Shown here: positions 17,376 through 27,309 of the stretch, piece by piece
Numbering within the stretch: position 1 is the first letter of the stretch
Layout of the letters: each line of letters opens with the position of its first letter
Assembly (NCBI GenBank): GCA_018969615.1
Contig: JAGWYA010000003.1
Location: forward strand, 15,038-79,037
Length of the DNA stretch: 64,000 nucleotides
Origin: Patescibacteria group bacterium
Lineage (GTDB): Bacteria > Patescibacteriota > Minisyncoccia > UBA6257 > 02-FULL-45-10c
Direction: 5' to 3'
The notes under the pieces: generated by a model
Seen by the model: only the letters and a program-made list of their open reading frames with translations
What the model was told of the DNA's origin: nothing
The model's database searches: none
Made by a program: the position numbers and the translations under genes

Positions 17376-19127
17376 ATGAGCGATAAACTCCCGCAAGCAT
17401 CCCTGGATGAGATCCGTCATTCGCTGGCCCATCTTTTAGCGGCGGCGGTCCTCCAAAAATACCCCGACACCAAGCTCGGCATCGGTCCGGTCATCGACAA
17501 CGGCTTTTATTATGATTTCCTGTTCTCCCAGCCGGTCACGGAAGACGACCTGAAGGATCTCCAGAAGGACATGCGCAAGCTTGCCCACCGGCATTTGGAC
17601 TTCACCGGCGAGAAACTGACCGCTGAGGGCGCAAAGAAAATGTTCAAGGATCAGCCGTTCAAGGTGGAGCTGATCGAAGAGTTCTCCAAGGACGGCAAAG
17701 AGCTCACCGCCTACCATACCGGCGATGTCTTCACCGATCTCTGCCGCGGCGGACACGTAACAAACACGAAACAGATCGATCCGGAGAGCTTCAAGCTTTC
17801 CCGCCTTGCCGGAGCCTACTGGCGCGGCAGCGAAAAGAACCCGATGCTCACCCGTATCTACGGACTCGCCTTCGCTTCCAAAAAAGAATTGGAGGCTTAT
17901 GAGAAGATGATGGAAGAAGCAAAAAAACGCGATCATCGCAAGCTCGGCAAAGACCTCGGTCTCTTTACGATCATCGATGAGATCGGCCCGGGACTCCCCT
18001 TGTTCTATCCGAAGGGTACGATCCTCCGCCGGCTTGTTGAGAATTATATTACCGACCTCCAGGAGAAGCGCGGTTATGTGCCGATCTGGATCCCGCACAT
18101 CACCAAGGGCAAGCTCTATGAGATCTCAGGCCATCTCCAAAAATACGACGCCATGTACCCGCCGATGCAGCTTCCGGATGAGGACGCCTACTACCTCAAG
18201 CCGATGAACTGCCCGCATTTCATGATGCTCTATAACACGCTCCCTCATTCCTACCGCGAACTGCCGATCCGCTACACCTCGACGACCACAAACTACCGCT
18301 ATGAAAAATCCGGCGAACTGACCGGACTGACCCGCGTCCGCGCGCTGACCCAGGATGACTGCCATGTCTTCACCCGTCCGGACCAGATCGAAGCGGAGAT
18401 CAACCTGATGCTTGATATGATCAATGAAGCGTACACGACCTTCGGCTTTTCCGATTTCTGGGTCCGCATCTCCACGCATGATCCGGAGAATAAAGAGAAA
18501 TACATCGGCGACAAAACGATCTGGGCGGAATCCGAAGCGGCGCTTGAAAAGCTTATTAAGAACCGCGGATGGAAGCATGAGATCGGCGTCGGCGAAGCGG
18601 CGTTTTACGGCCCGAAACTGGATTTCATCCTCAAAGACGTCCTTGGCCGCGAATGGCAGCTTTCGACCATTCAGCTCGATATGAACCTCCCTAAGCGTTT
18701 TAACCTTGAATATACGGATGCCGACGGCACCAAGAAGCAGCCGGTCGTCATCCATCGGGCGATCCTCGGCTCAACCGAGCGATTCCTGGCGATCCTGATC
18801 GAACATTTCGGCGGCGCATTCCCGCTCTGGCTCGCGCCGGTCCAGGTCGCGGTCATCCCGGTATCGGAAAAGCATATCGACTACGCCCGCGAGATCGCCA
18901 AAAAGCTTCCCGGATTCCGCGTTCAGATCGCCGAAGAGAACGAAACGCTTGGCAAGAAGATCCGCGGAGCCGAGATGCAGAAGATCCCCTACGTCCTGGT
19001 TGTCGGAGACAAAGAGATCGAACAGAATGCGGTCAATGTCCGGCACTATAAAGAAGGAGTTCTCGGGACGCTCTCGCTCGATCAACTTTCCGCGAAACTT
19101 AGGGAAGAGATCGAAAAGAAGGGATAA
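17376..19127 (+). CDS. thrS: Threonyl-tRNA synthetase (lacks N-terminal TGS domain)
   Basis: HSLAHLLAAAV editing-domain HxxxH, class II motifs (MNCPHFMMLY, TTTNYRYEKSGELTGLTRVRALTQDDCHVF); start moved to ATG 17376 downstream of promoter. Confidence 0.85.
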   Translation: MSDKLPQASLDEIRHSLAHLLAAAVLQKYPDTKLGIGPVIDNGFYYDFLFSQPVTEDDLKDLQKDMRKLAHRHLDFTGEKLTAEGAKKMFKDQPFKVELIEEFSKDGKELTAYHTGDVFTDLCRGGHVTNTKQIDPESFKLSRLAGAYWRGSEKNPMLTRIYGLAFASKKELEAYEKMMEEAKKRDHRKLGKDLGLFTIIDEIGPGLPLFYPKGTILRRLVENYITDLQEKRGYVPIWIPHITKGKLYEISGHLQKYDAMYPPMQLPDEDAYYLKPMNCPHFMMLYNTLPHSYRELPIRYTSTTTNYRYEKSGELTGLTRVRALTQDDCHVFTRPDQIEAEINLMLDMINEAYTTFGFSDFWVRISTHDPENKEKYIGDKTIWAESEAALEKLIKNRGWKHEIGVGEAAFYGPKLDFILKDVLGREWQLSTIQLDMNLPKRFNLEYTDADGTKKQPVVIHRAILGSTERFLAILIEHFGGAFPLWLAPVQVAVIPVSEKHIDYAREIAKKLPGFRVQIAEENETLGKKIRGAEMQKIPYVLVVGDKEIEQNAVNVRHYKEGVLGTLSLDQLSAKLREEIEKKG

Positions 19128-19128
19128 A

Positions 19129-19160
19129 GAAACCCCCGCGGCATGCGGGGGTTTTAGTTT
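19129..19160 (+). terminator. Intrinsic terminator after thrS (aaacccccgc-ggcat-gcgggggttt + T-run)
   Basis: Seen in sequence. Confidence 0.7.
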
Positions 19161-19576
19161 GAAGAAGGCGGAAGCTCGATCTTTTTAAAGTAAAAATAAG
19201 CCGAAACAACGTGGCAGAGTTTACGATCGTAGTTGACCACGCACCTAAACTCTTCGTCCGTACCCCTGATCTGCCATGCGCCGTCCTGAAACAGCGCAAC
19301 GCCATAGCGCTTAGAATCCTGTTCATCCCACCACCGCAATGCAAAGGGGCCTTTACCGTCCGGGAGACGGTATTCCATAAGGCGTAATGACGGGTTCTGG
19401 ATGCTTTTTTTGATGATCGCCATGCCGATAAGAAGCGACTCTTCCGCACATCCATAGGCGCGATCCTCAAGCACGCTCTTCTTCTTAGGGTCGAAATAAA
19501 GATCCATGATCTTCACTTCCGCCCATGCATTTAAATTTTTAAAGTCCGGAAGTTCGAAGTACCATTCAAAGTCCAT
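19154..19576 (-). CDS. Hypothetical protein (140 aa)
   Basis: ORF only. Confidence 0.4.
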   Translation of the reverse strand: MDFEWYFELPDFKNLNAWAEVKIMDLYFDPKKKSVLEDRAYGCAEESLLIGMAIIKKSIQNPSLRLMEYRLPDGKGPFALRWWDEQDSKRYGVALFQDGAWQIRGTDEEFRCVVNYDRKLCHVVSAYFYFKKIELPPSSN

Positions 19577-19583
19577 AAGGACC

Positions 19584-19620
19584 TCAAAAATACACTACTC
19601 CTTTCAGAGTAGTGTATTTT
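19584..19620 (-). terminator. Perfect inverted repeat aatacactact-cctttcag-agtagtgtatt; terminator for 19640-19903 gene
   Basis: 11-bp perfect stem, T-run on minus strand. Confidence 0.6.
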
Positions 19621-19639
19621 ACGATGCGAGGCAACGGGA

Positions 19640-19903
19640 TTAGCCGAGCTTTTCGAACTTCTTTCCGACCTGCTTCTCAGCTTCTTTTACGTCATTTTCC
19701 GTGATCTCAATCCGAGGCTGCTTCTCCGCGTCTTCCTCCAGCATTCTTTGTTCAATTTCACGAGCTTTTGCGCGTTCAGCTTCAAGTTTCTGGCGCTCTA
19801 ACTCCTTCTCGCGAGCCGCAACATCCGCAGCACGCTGTGCCGCAAGGATCTCTTCAGGAGTTGCGATCGGTTTTTTTGGTTGTTCAAAGTTTCCAAATTT
19901 CAT
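19640..19903 (-). CDS. Hypothetical charged coiled-coil protein (87 aa)
   Basis: ORF; Glu/Lys/Arg/Ala-rich repeats. Confidence 0.4.
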   Translation of the reverse strand: MKFGNFEQPKKPIATPEEILAAQRAADVAAREKELERQKLEAERAKAREIEQRMLEEDAEKQPRIEITENDVKEAEKQVGKKFEKLG

Positions 19904-19920
19904 AAGGATATTATACCATC

Positions 19921-21375
19921 TTATAGCTCTTTTTGCAAGAGGTCCTTCAGGACCGCTGGGTTCCCCCTTCCTTTCAGGGCCGCCATAGATTTCCCAACCA
20001 TAAACTGGAGCGCATTCATCTTCCCCTTCTTATAATCCTCCACCGCCTTCGGGTTTTCCTTGATAACCGCCTTGATCACATCCAAAAGCTCGCCTTCGCC
20101 TGAGACCTGCCCCAAGCCTTCTTCCTTCACCAGATTCCGCGGATCAGCTCCTGACTCGAACATGCGCGCCAAAAGGTCCTTTGCGGTGCGGCTGTTGATC
20201 TCTTTCTTTGAAAGAAGGTCCATCAGGTCGGCAAAGTTCTCCTGCGTCACCTTCAGGTCCGCGAACGAAATACCGGCATTCGCCATCAATCCCTTCAGGT
20301 CCGTATTCAAATAGTTGAACAAAAGCGCCACCTGCGCCGCATCAAGCTGATGTTGGAGATCCTCTTCCCATTCCGAGATCGCTTCCTCAAAATACTCGGA
20401 CTCGGCGCGATCCTCCACGAGGATGTTCGCCTGCTCAGCGGAAAGGCCGAGCTGCTCTTTAAAGCGCGTGCGTTTCGCGTCCGGCGATTCCGGTACGGCG
20501 CGCTCAAGCGCCGCAAGATCGAATGCCGACGGGTCCTGCGGAGGGATATCAGGCTCCGGAAAATAGCGGTAGTCCTGCGCCTCTTCTTTCGAGCGCTGAG
20601 ACACGGTCCTCTGCTTGACGTCGTCCCAGCCGCGGGTTTCCTGTTTGATGCGCTCGCCCGCCTCTAAAAGATCGGTTTGGCGCTTGATCTCGTAATTGAT
20701 CGCATCCTCGATCGCCCGGAACGAGTTCAGGTTCTTGATCTCCACCTTCGTTCCCAGCGCATCGGTCGCGCTGATCGAAATATTCGCGTCCGCACGCATC
20801 TGTCCGCGGTCGAGATCAGCCTCGGAAACACCTGCATAGCGAAGGATCAGCTGCAGCTCCTTTGCAAAGGCCACCGCTTCTTTTGCGCTATGCATATCCG
20901 GATCGGTCACCAACTCCATCAGCGGTACGCCGCCGCGGTTAAAATCAACAAGTGACGACTTTCCATCATCGGCGTGAACGAGCTTGCCCGCGTCTTCCTC
21001 AAGATGGACATGATGGATCTGAACCGTTTTCGGCGATCCAAGACGCGCTTCCACGTTAATGGTTCCGCCGAGGACCGTAGGATGCTCAAGTTGCGTGATC
21101 TGGTATCCCTTCGGAAGGTCTGGATAAAAATAGTTCTTCCGGTCAAAAGCAAAGACCTCATTGATCTTCCCTCCGAGCGCGAACCCAATGGTGATCATAT
21201 GCTCAAGCGCTTTCTTGTTCGGGGTCGGCAAAGCGCCGGGATGGCCCAAGCACACCGGACAGACATTCGTGTTCGGATGCTTTTCATCCGGATCGTTCGG
21301 ACAACCGCAAAACATCTTAGTTGCGGTCTTCAGCTCCGCATGGACCTCAAGACCGATGGTCGGCGCGTATTTCAT
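19921..21375 (-). CDS. gatB: Asp-tRNA(Asn)/Glu-tRNA(Gln) amidotransferase subunit B
   Basis: MKYAPTIGLEVHAELKTATKMFCGCPND N-terminus, GatB/YqeY C-terminal domain. Confidence 0.9.
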   Translation of the reverse strand: MKYAPTIGLEVHAELKTATKMFCGCPNDPDEKHPNTNVCPVCLGHPGALPTPNKKALEHMITIGFALGGKINEVFAFDRKNYFYPDLPKGYQITQLEHPTVLGGTINVEARLGSPKTVQIHHVHLEEDAGKLVHADDGKSSLVDFNRGGVPLMELVTDPDMHSAKEAVAFAKELQLILRYAGVSEADLDRGQMRADANISISATDALGTKVEIKNLNSFRAIEDAINYEIKRQTDLLEAGERIKQETRGWDDVKQRTVSQRSKEEAQDYRYFPEPDIPPQDPSAFDLAALERAVPESPDAKRTRFKEQLGLSAEQANILVEDRAESEYFEEAISEWEEDLQHQLDAAQVALLFNYLNTDLKGLMANAGISFADLKVTQENFADLMDLLSKKEINSRTAKDLLARMFESGADPRNLVKEEGLGQVSGEGELLDVIKAVIKENPKAVEDYKKGKMNALQFMVGKSMAALKGRGNPAVLKDLLQKEL

Positions 21376-21377
21376 GG

Positions 21378-22682
21378 TTATTGGGCGAACGTTAACAGAT
21401 ATTCTTTGATCTTTTCGGCATTGGTGTTCAGTTTATCACGATATTCAGGGAACGTGCAGATGCGCAGCACCTGATGCGAGCGGCCGTATTCCACCAGCGA
21501 AGCAAAGTGGTGCGGATAGAACTCGCTGAGCTTCACGATCTTCCCGTCTTTGCCGTAGACGTTCACATCCTCCGGCACGAACCGGTGATGCGACATCGCC
21601 GGGACGACCACGACGCTTTCGCGCGGGATCCCCGCAAGCTTCGCGATCCCGTCCTCAAAATCGGCAAGCAACTTGATGCTCGATACCTCTTCCTGCTCCA
21701 GGATCTTGTTCAGGGTCTCTTCCGGAAAACCGAAGGTGTGCAGCGCTTTTTCTTCAGAGCTCCGGTCTCCCTGCACGAATTGCGCATACTTGATCTCGAT
21801 CGCCGTCTTCGGGAACTGTCCAGTCATCAGCCGGGCGTAATAGTTCTTGATCAGCGGATTCTCCGAGATCTCAAAACGGCCGAGCAAACCGAAATCGGTC
21901 AGTTTCCAGATATCCTGCACGCTCATGCCCTCTTCCACCAGCGCGAACGCCATCTTCTGGATCAGCCGCTGCAGGATCGCGGACTTCTTCCGAAGATACA
22001 CATGCTTCGACATCTTGATATAAAATTCCTGGATCGCTTTCGCCTGGTCGATCACGCGCTCATCGACGACAACCTTGCCGTCCACGTAATAAATAAAACG
22101 CGAAAGATATTCTACGCCCGGCAGCTCGTTGATCGTGTAATACGCGTCGCGCGTCAGATAATCGAACTTCTCCATGCCGAGGTTCTTGTCATGGACCGCG
22201 CGGTACAGCGGATTCTTATGCTCAAAGATCTCCATGAACAGGTCGAAGTTCACGCCGCATTTCTCCACGTTCTCGCGAAGGCTCCGTGCGATCTCGATGC
22301 CCATCGCGTCATCGGCGCGCAATTTTGTTTTCTTGGATCCCGGCAACAGATCGAACAGGGGCTCCACGGTATGCGAGAACGGTCCGTGGCCGATGTCGTG
22401 ATACAGCGCGAACGCATTCGCGGCGGTTGCCTCTTCCTGCGTCACCATGCCGGCATCCACCCAGCGGCGCATCAAGTTCTTCGTCCGCTGATGGGCGCCC
22501 AGGCAATGCTGCTTGCGGGTATGGGTCGCCGACGGGAACAATAAGAACGCCAGGCCGAGCTGGTATTTATAGGCAAGCGATTGAAACTGGCGGACGTCGA
22601 TCATCGGCAAATATTTGCCGATATCGATCAGTCCGAGGATCGGGTCGGAAACGATCTTTTGCGAAGGGATCTTCATGTGCAT
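21378..22682 (-). CDS. HD-domain phosphohydrolase (dGTPase-like/dNTP triphosphohydrolase-like)
   Basis: QLGLAFLLFPSATHTRKQHCLG...YHDIGHGPFSH HD motif. Confidence 0.7.
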   Translation of the reverse strand: MHMKIPSQKIVSDPILGLIDIGKYLPMIDVRQFQSLAYKYQLGLAFLLFPSATHTRKQHCLGAHQRTKNLMRRWVDAGMVTQEEATAANAFALYHDIGHGPFSHTVEPLFDLLPGSKKTKLRADDAMGIEIARSLRENVEKCGVNFDLFMEIFEHKNPLYRAVHDKNLGMEKFDYLTRDAYYTINELPGVEYLSRFIYYVDGKVVVDERVIDQAKAIQEFYIKMSKHVYLRKKSAILQRLIQKMAFALVEEGMSVQDIWKLTDFGLLGRFEISENPLIKNYYARLMTGQFPKTAIEIKYAQFVQGDRSSEEKALHTFGFPEETLNKILEQEEVSSIKLLADFEDGIAKLAGIPRESVVVVPAMSHHRFVPEDVNVYGKDGKIVKLSEFYPHHFASLVEYGRSHQVLRICTFPEYRDKLNTNAEKIKEYLLTFAQ

Positions 22683-22724
22683 AGTTCCAGTATAGAGGAT
22701 TTTAGAGCGTCTTTGTAGGCTTTA

Positions 22725-22761
22725 AATAAAAATAAAACTGCCCCGATCTAGATCGGGGCAG
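22725..22761 (-). terminator. Intrinsic terminator after tmk (ctgccccgatc-ta-gatcggggcag, T-run on minus strand)
   Basis: Seen in sequence. Confidence 0.65.
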
Positions 22762-23506
22762 TGGTCGGACTGATCAGGCTCACGGCCTGTTCCAGTACTT
22801 TTTCAATGGGAGCATTGGCATCCAACAGCACCGTTTTCGGAAAAAGATTCTTTCGGAAGATAAGCGCACGATAGTTCTTATGGATCTGGATAAGACGCTC
22901 GAGCTTCTCCTCAAAAACATCGATGACCTTCCCGGACGACTTGAGACGCGCCATAGCGATCTTTGCGTCGAGATCGAGCATGATCATCAGATCGGGCTGC
23001 CAATCCGCCGGTGTAAGACCGAACGAATTAAACGCTTTCATCTGCCATTCGACCATCTTCTCCCTGTCCACGCCGCCGGAACCTCCATAGGCAAGCGTGC
23101 TGGCAAAGTAGCGGTCCTGCAGGACCATCTTCCCCGACGCACGGGCGGGGCCGATCCGTTCGACGAGGTCGTAGACGCGGTCGGCCATGAACAGCAACTG
23201 CATATCGAGCTCGCTGATCTTTTGGCCCAGCTTCACTTGATCAAGGACATGCGCGATATACAGCCAGAAATCCTCGCCCTCGCGGCCGTAGCCCTTCTTC
23301 GTGTATTCGAGGGCCTGCTCCAGGTCATGAGCCGGGAACGGCCGGCGCTCGTACACCGAGCGGATCACCGCGCCGAACAAAAGATGGGTCGGCTCGACAT
23401 TGCAGAACGCATCCGGAAATCGCTTCTCCAGAAGCTTATGGATCGTGCTCTTGCCCGATCCGGAAATACCCTCCAGAACGACGAACTTCCCCGTGGATGT
23501 GGTCAT
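22748..23506 (-). CDS. tmk: Thymidylate kinase-like nucleotide kinase
   Basis: KFVVLEGISGSGKST P-loop; start at ATG 23506; TATACT -10 box 7 nt upstream of ATG. Confidence 0.7.
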   Translation of the reverse strand: MTTSTGKFVVLEGISGSGKSTIHKLLEKRFPDAFCNVEPTHLLFGAVIRSVYERRPFPAHDLEQALEYTKKGYGREGEDFWLYIAHVLDQVKLGQKISELDMQLLFMADRVYDLVERIGPARASGKMVLQDRYFASTLAYGGSGGVDREKMVEWQMKAFNSFGLTPADWQPDLMIMLDLDAKIAMARLKSSGKVIDVFEEKLERLIQIHKNYRALIFRKNLFPKTVLLDANAPIEKVLEQAVSLISPTTAPI

Positions 23507-23572
23507 GGTCTTAGTATACTCCTCTATGCAAAGTTGCTTCCTCAAAAATACCATGCCGGAGCGGGTGCTGTC

Positions 23573-23604
23573 CAGAAAAAAATTCCCCCGTTTGGGGGAA
23601 TTTT
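23573..23604 (-). terminator. Terminator after rplK (aattcccccg-ttt-gggggaatt with flanking T/A runs)
   Basis: Seen in sequence. Confidence 0.65.
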
Positions 23605-24030
23605 TTAATCAACGATCTCGATACCCATGTTCCGCGCGGTACCGGCGATGACTTTCATTGCCGCGTCCACGTCATAGGCGTTCAGGTCAACCATCTTGCG
23701 TTCAGCGATCTTGCGGAGGTCTTCTTTCGTGACCTTACCCACCTTCGTCTTCAGCGGATCACCGGATCCTTTCTCGATACCGGCCGCTTTCTTCAGCAAT
23801 GCCGATGCCGGCGGGGTCTTGAGGCGGAAATCGAAGCTGCGGTCCTCATAGATCGTGATCTCTGCCGGAACCACGTCACCCATCATATCCTTGGTCGCGT
23901 CGTTGAACTTCTTGCAGAAATCCTGAATGTTCACGCCGTGCTGACCGAGGGCCGGACCGATCGGCGGAGCCGGATTCGCCTTCCCTGCTTCGATCTGCAA
24001 TTTCAATATTGTTTTGATTGGTTTTGCCAT
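23605..24030 (-). CDS. rplK: 50S ribosomal protein L11
   Basis: [35 protein letters not shown] canonical uL11. Confidence 0.92.
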   Translation of the reverse strand: MAKPIKTILKLQIEAGKANPAPPIGPALGQHGVNIQDFCKKFNDATKDMMGDVVPAEITIYEDRSFDFRLKTPPASALLKKAAGIEKGSGDPLKTKVGKVTKEDLRKIAERKMVDLNAYDVDAAMKVIAGTARNMGIEIVD

Positions 24031-24082
24031 ATGTTTGATGAGATCGGACAGGAGAGGCGCCCGTCGTACCCGTACTTTAAAT

Positions 24083-24670
24083 TTATAACTTCTGGATCTG
24101 TAACGAATCCAATTCTACCACCGTATCACGTCCGAAGATCGGCACCAAGACCTTCACCTTCGCGCGCTCGTTATCAACTTCGGAAACCTTCGCTTCATAA
24201 TCCTTGAACGGCCCGTCGATGACCTTCACGACATCGCCCACCGTCACATCGATCTTGAACTTCTTTTCCTCGCCGGTTCCCATTCTCGCCATCAGCATAT
24301 CGATCTCATCCTTGGACAGCGGGGTCGGGGTCACCGAGTCAGGACCGACGAAGCCGGTCACTCGCGGCGTATTACGCACCACGTACCAGGAATCTTCCGT
24401 CAGGACCATATCCACCAGCACATAGCCCGGATAGATCTTTTCCGCGACCGTACGGCGCTTGCCGTTCTTGATCTTGATCTTGGTCTCCTTCGGAACGAGG
24501 ACATTGAAGATCTTATCGTTCATGGACAGCGAGTCCACGCGCTGCTTCAGATACCGGGTCACGGCATCTTCATAGCCGGAATACGTATGCACGGCATACC
24601 AGTGCCGCGCCTTATCCTTGATCTCAACCGCCTGCTTTTTTTCCTCTTTATGAGTAGATCCTTCTGCCAT
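24083..24670 (-). CDS. nusG: Transcription termination/antitermination factor NusG
   Basis: [17 protein letters not shown] domain, C-terminal KOW ([18 protein letters not shown]). Confidence 0.9.
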   Translation of the reverse strand: MAEGSTHKEEKKQAVEIKDKARHWYAVHTYSGYEDAVTRYLKQRVDSLSMNDKIFNVLVPKETKIKIKNGKRRTVAEKIYPGYVLVDMVLTEDSWYVVRNTPRVTGFVGPDSVTPTPLSKDEIDMLMARMGTGEEKKFKIDVTVGDVVKVIDGPFKDYEAKVSEVDNERAKVKVLVPIFGRDTVVELDSLQIQKL

Positions 24671-24671
24671 A

Positions 24672-24860
24672 TTAGCGAAGCACGATTAATTGGAGGAGAT
24701 ACGTAAAGAACGCATCGAACGAGCCCAAAAGAGCCGCAACCAATAATGAAATACCGATCACGACGATCGTTAAACGGATCGTCTCTTCGCGCGTCGGCCA
24801 ATTCACCCGCGTCAGCTCCTGGCGGGATTCCCCTAAAAAGGATGATAATTTCGTAAACAT
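24672..24860 (-). CDS. secE: Preprotein translocase subunit SecE
   Basis: 62 aa, single C-terminal TM helix, KVNWPTREE motif; secE-nusG-rplK order. Confidence 0.85.
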   Translation of the reverse strand: MFTKLSSFLGESRQELTRVNWPTREETIRLTIVVIGISLLVAALLGSFDAFFTYLLQLIVLR

Positions 24861-24868
24861 TGTTATAT

Positions 24869-24897
24869 AGTATATCCACTCATCGCCCGAGTGTCAA
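24869..24897 (-). promoter_or_regulatory. Consensus sigma70 promoter for secE-nusG-rplK: TTGACA-17-TATACT, -10 box 8 nt upstream of secE ATG
   Basis: Minus strand TTGACActcgggcgatgagtggaTATACTatataacaATG. Confidence 0.65.
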
Positions 24898-24913
24898 TGC
24901 GAAGCGCCGCGGC

Positions 24914-26854
24914 CTAAATATCGAGGTTCTTCACCGAAAGGGCGCGGGCCTGGATGAAGTTCTTGCGCGGGCCTACTTCCTGTCCCATTAAGATGTCGAA
25001 CAGTTTATCCGCAGCAACGGCATCGTCAATGGTCACCTGCCGCAAGACGCGAAATTCAGGGTTCATGGTCGTTTCCCACAGCTGCTCCGGGTTCATCTCA
25101 CCGAGACCTTTGTAGCGCTGGATACTGATGCCGGATTCTTTTTCCTTTGCACCCTTAGAGAGCTCACTGACCGCCCGTTCTTTTTCCGAATCGCTGAATA
25201 CGTAGCGGAAATCCTTTCCTTTCTGCACTTTGAACAGCGGCGGCTGGGCGATGTAGATATTGCCGTTCGTGATCAGCTGCTGGAAGTACCGGTAAAAAAG
25301 CGTAAGCAGAAGCGTACGGATATGCGCGCCGTCCACATCGGCATCGGTCATGAGGACGATCTTGTGATACCGGAGGTTCGTGATATCGAAGGACTCCGCG
25401 ATCGCGGTTCCGAGTGCAACGACAAGCGCTTTGATCTCCTTGTTCACCAGCATCTTATCAATGCGGGATTTTTCCACATTCAAGATCTTCCCTTTAAGCG
25501 GAAGGATCGCCTGCGTTCTGCGGTCACGCCCCTGTTTTGCGCTGCCGCCTGCGCTGTCACCCTCAACGATGAACAGTTCCGATTCTCCCGGGTCGCGGGA
25601 ACTGCAATCGGCAAGCTTTCCCGGAAGCGTCAGCCCCTCAAGCACGCCCTTTCGGAGGATGGTCTCCTTTGCCGCCTTGGCGGCCTTACGGGCCTTCACC
25701 GCGAGCAAGCATTTCTCGATAACGCGGCGGGCATCTGCCGGATGGCGTTCCAGCCAGTCCTTCATCGCCTCATTCACGACCGACTCTACCGCGGTACGCG
25801 CCGGCGGATTCCCTAAACGAGCCTTGGTCTGTCCTTCGAACTGCGGTTCGCTCAGGCGCACCGATATGATCACCGATAATCCCTCACGCACGTCATCGCC
25901 GGTCAGGTTGTCATCCTTGCCTTTGATATACCCCTCAGCGCTCGCATAATCGTTCAGCGTACGGGTCAGCGCCGACCGGAAACCGGTCAGATGCATACCG
26001 CCGTCCGGCGTGTAAATATTGTTCGCAAAGCTCAGCTCCTGGGTCTCAATATCCTCGTTGTACACGAATGACGCCTCAACTTCGATCTCATCAAGCGATT
26101 TATGGACGTAGAACGGATCGTTCTGGATCAGTTTGTTCCCTTCCGTAATGTATTTGATGAACGAAAGCAGTCCGCCGTCAAAATAGAATCCCTGATAGAG
26201 CGCGGGAAGTTTACGATGGTCGATGATCTCGATCTTCACGCCCTTGGTCAGGAATGCCTGCTGGCGAAGATGGTCGACAATGCGCTTCAGGTCCCATTCG
26301 ATCTTCGCAAAGATCTCGGCATCGGGAAGGAACGTCACGCGGGTTCCGGTCCGCGACGTCTTCACCGTCTTCTTCACTTTATATTGCGGCTTGCCGCGCT
26401 TGTATTCCTGCACCCAGACATACCCTTCGCGGGATACTTCCACCATCACCCATTCGGAAAGCGCGTTCACGACGGAAACACCGACGCCGTGAAGACCTCC
26501 GGAAACCTTGTACGAACCACCGCCGAACTTGCCGCCGGCGTGCAGCGTCGTAAGAACCGTTTCCAGCGCCGATTTCTTGGTCTGCTTATGCGTCTCAACC
26601 GGAATACCGCGGCCGTCGTCATCAACGCTGATCTTATTCCCCGGAAGCAGCTCCACGCGGATATTATGCGCATACCCGCCCATCGCTTCGTCGATGGAGT
26701 TATCCACGACCTCCCAGATCAAGTGATGCAAACCGGCCGAATCGGTCGTACCGATGTACATGCCCGGACGCTTCCGCACCGGATCAAGCCCCTCCAAAAC
26801 ATAAATATCCTTTGCTGAATATGAACTTCCTTTTCCCTCCGGTTCTTTTGCCAT
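24914..26854 (-). CDS. gyrB: DNA gyrase subunit B
   Basis: GLHHLIWEVVDNSIDEAMGGY GHKL ATPase motif, TOPRIM EGDSAGGSAKQGRDR; 646 aa. Confidence 0.92.
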   Translation of the reverse strand: MAKEPEGKGSSYSAKDIYVLEGLDPVRKRPGMYIGTTDSAGLHHLIWEVVDNSIDEAMGGYAHNIRVELLPGNKISVDDDGRGIPVETHKQTKKSALETVLTTLHAGGKFGGGSYKVSGGLHGVGVSVVNALSEWVMVEVSREGYVWVQEYKRGKPQYKVKKTVKTSRTGTRVTFLPDAEIFAKIEWDLKRIVDHLRQQAFLTKGVKIEIIDHRKLPALYQGFYFDGGLLSFIKYITEGNKLIQNDPFYVHKSLDEIEVEASFVYNEDIETQELSFANNIYTPDGGMHLTGFRSALTRTLNDYASAEGYIKGKDDNLTGDDVREGLSVIISVRLSEPQFEGQTKARLGNPPARTAVESVVNEAMKDWLERHPADARRVIEKCLLAVKARKAAKAAKETILRKGVLEGLTLPGKLADCSSRDPGESELFIVEGDSAGGSAKQGRDRRTQAILPLKGKILNVEKSRIDKMLVNKEIKALVVALGTAIAESFDITNLRYHKIVLMTDADVDGAHIRTLLLTLFYRYFQQLITNGNIYIAQPPLFKVQKGKDFRYVFSDSEKERAVSELSKGAKEKESGISIQRYKGLGEMNPEQLWETTMNPEFRVLRQVTIDDAVAADKLFDILMGQEVGPRKNFIQARALSVKNLDI

Positions 26855-26944
26855 AATTTAAAAAAAGGCCGCGCCCTTACTGATTATTTTTCCTTATCAG
26901 TATACCAAAAATACCCCCTTCACGCAAACAAAAAACGCACGGGT

Positions 26945-27304
26945 TTATTCGTGCGTTTCTCCCTCATTTTTATCCGTATTTTGTTCCACTTTTTTGATCG
27001 CTTCATTCAGCATAACGCGGGCCTTAGCGTCACGATCGAGCTCCTGTCCGATGCCTCGCGCGACACGAAGTCCTTCAGCGATCTCTTCTTCAGCGGCGGC
27101 AAGCTTCCCCTCCAATCTCTTTTGCATTTCGGTGTTCCCCGCCTGGATCGCTTGCTGTAACGACGCCTGCAGACTCTTCTTGCGCTGAAGCCAGGCGTCG
27201 ATCAGCTTAAGCGCCCGGGCGCTCAAATTCGATAGCTCCTGTCCACGATGAGGCATCTTCTCGCTTTCCGGCTCAGGATGCTTTTCGAACGGATTTTCGC
27301 TCAT
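26945..27304 (-). CDS. Hypothetical coiled-coil protein (119 aa) co-transcribed downstream of pheT
   Basis: ORF 5 nt after pheT stop; followed by hairpin terminator 26934-26957. Confidence 0.45.
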   Translation of the reverse strand: MSENPFEKHPEPESEKMPHRGQELSNLSARALKLIDAWLQRKKSLQASLQQAIQAGNTEMQKRLEGKLAAAEEEIAEGLRVARGIGQELDRDAKARVMLNEAIKKVEQNTDKNEGETHE

Positions 27305-27309
27305 AGTCT

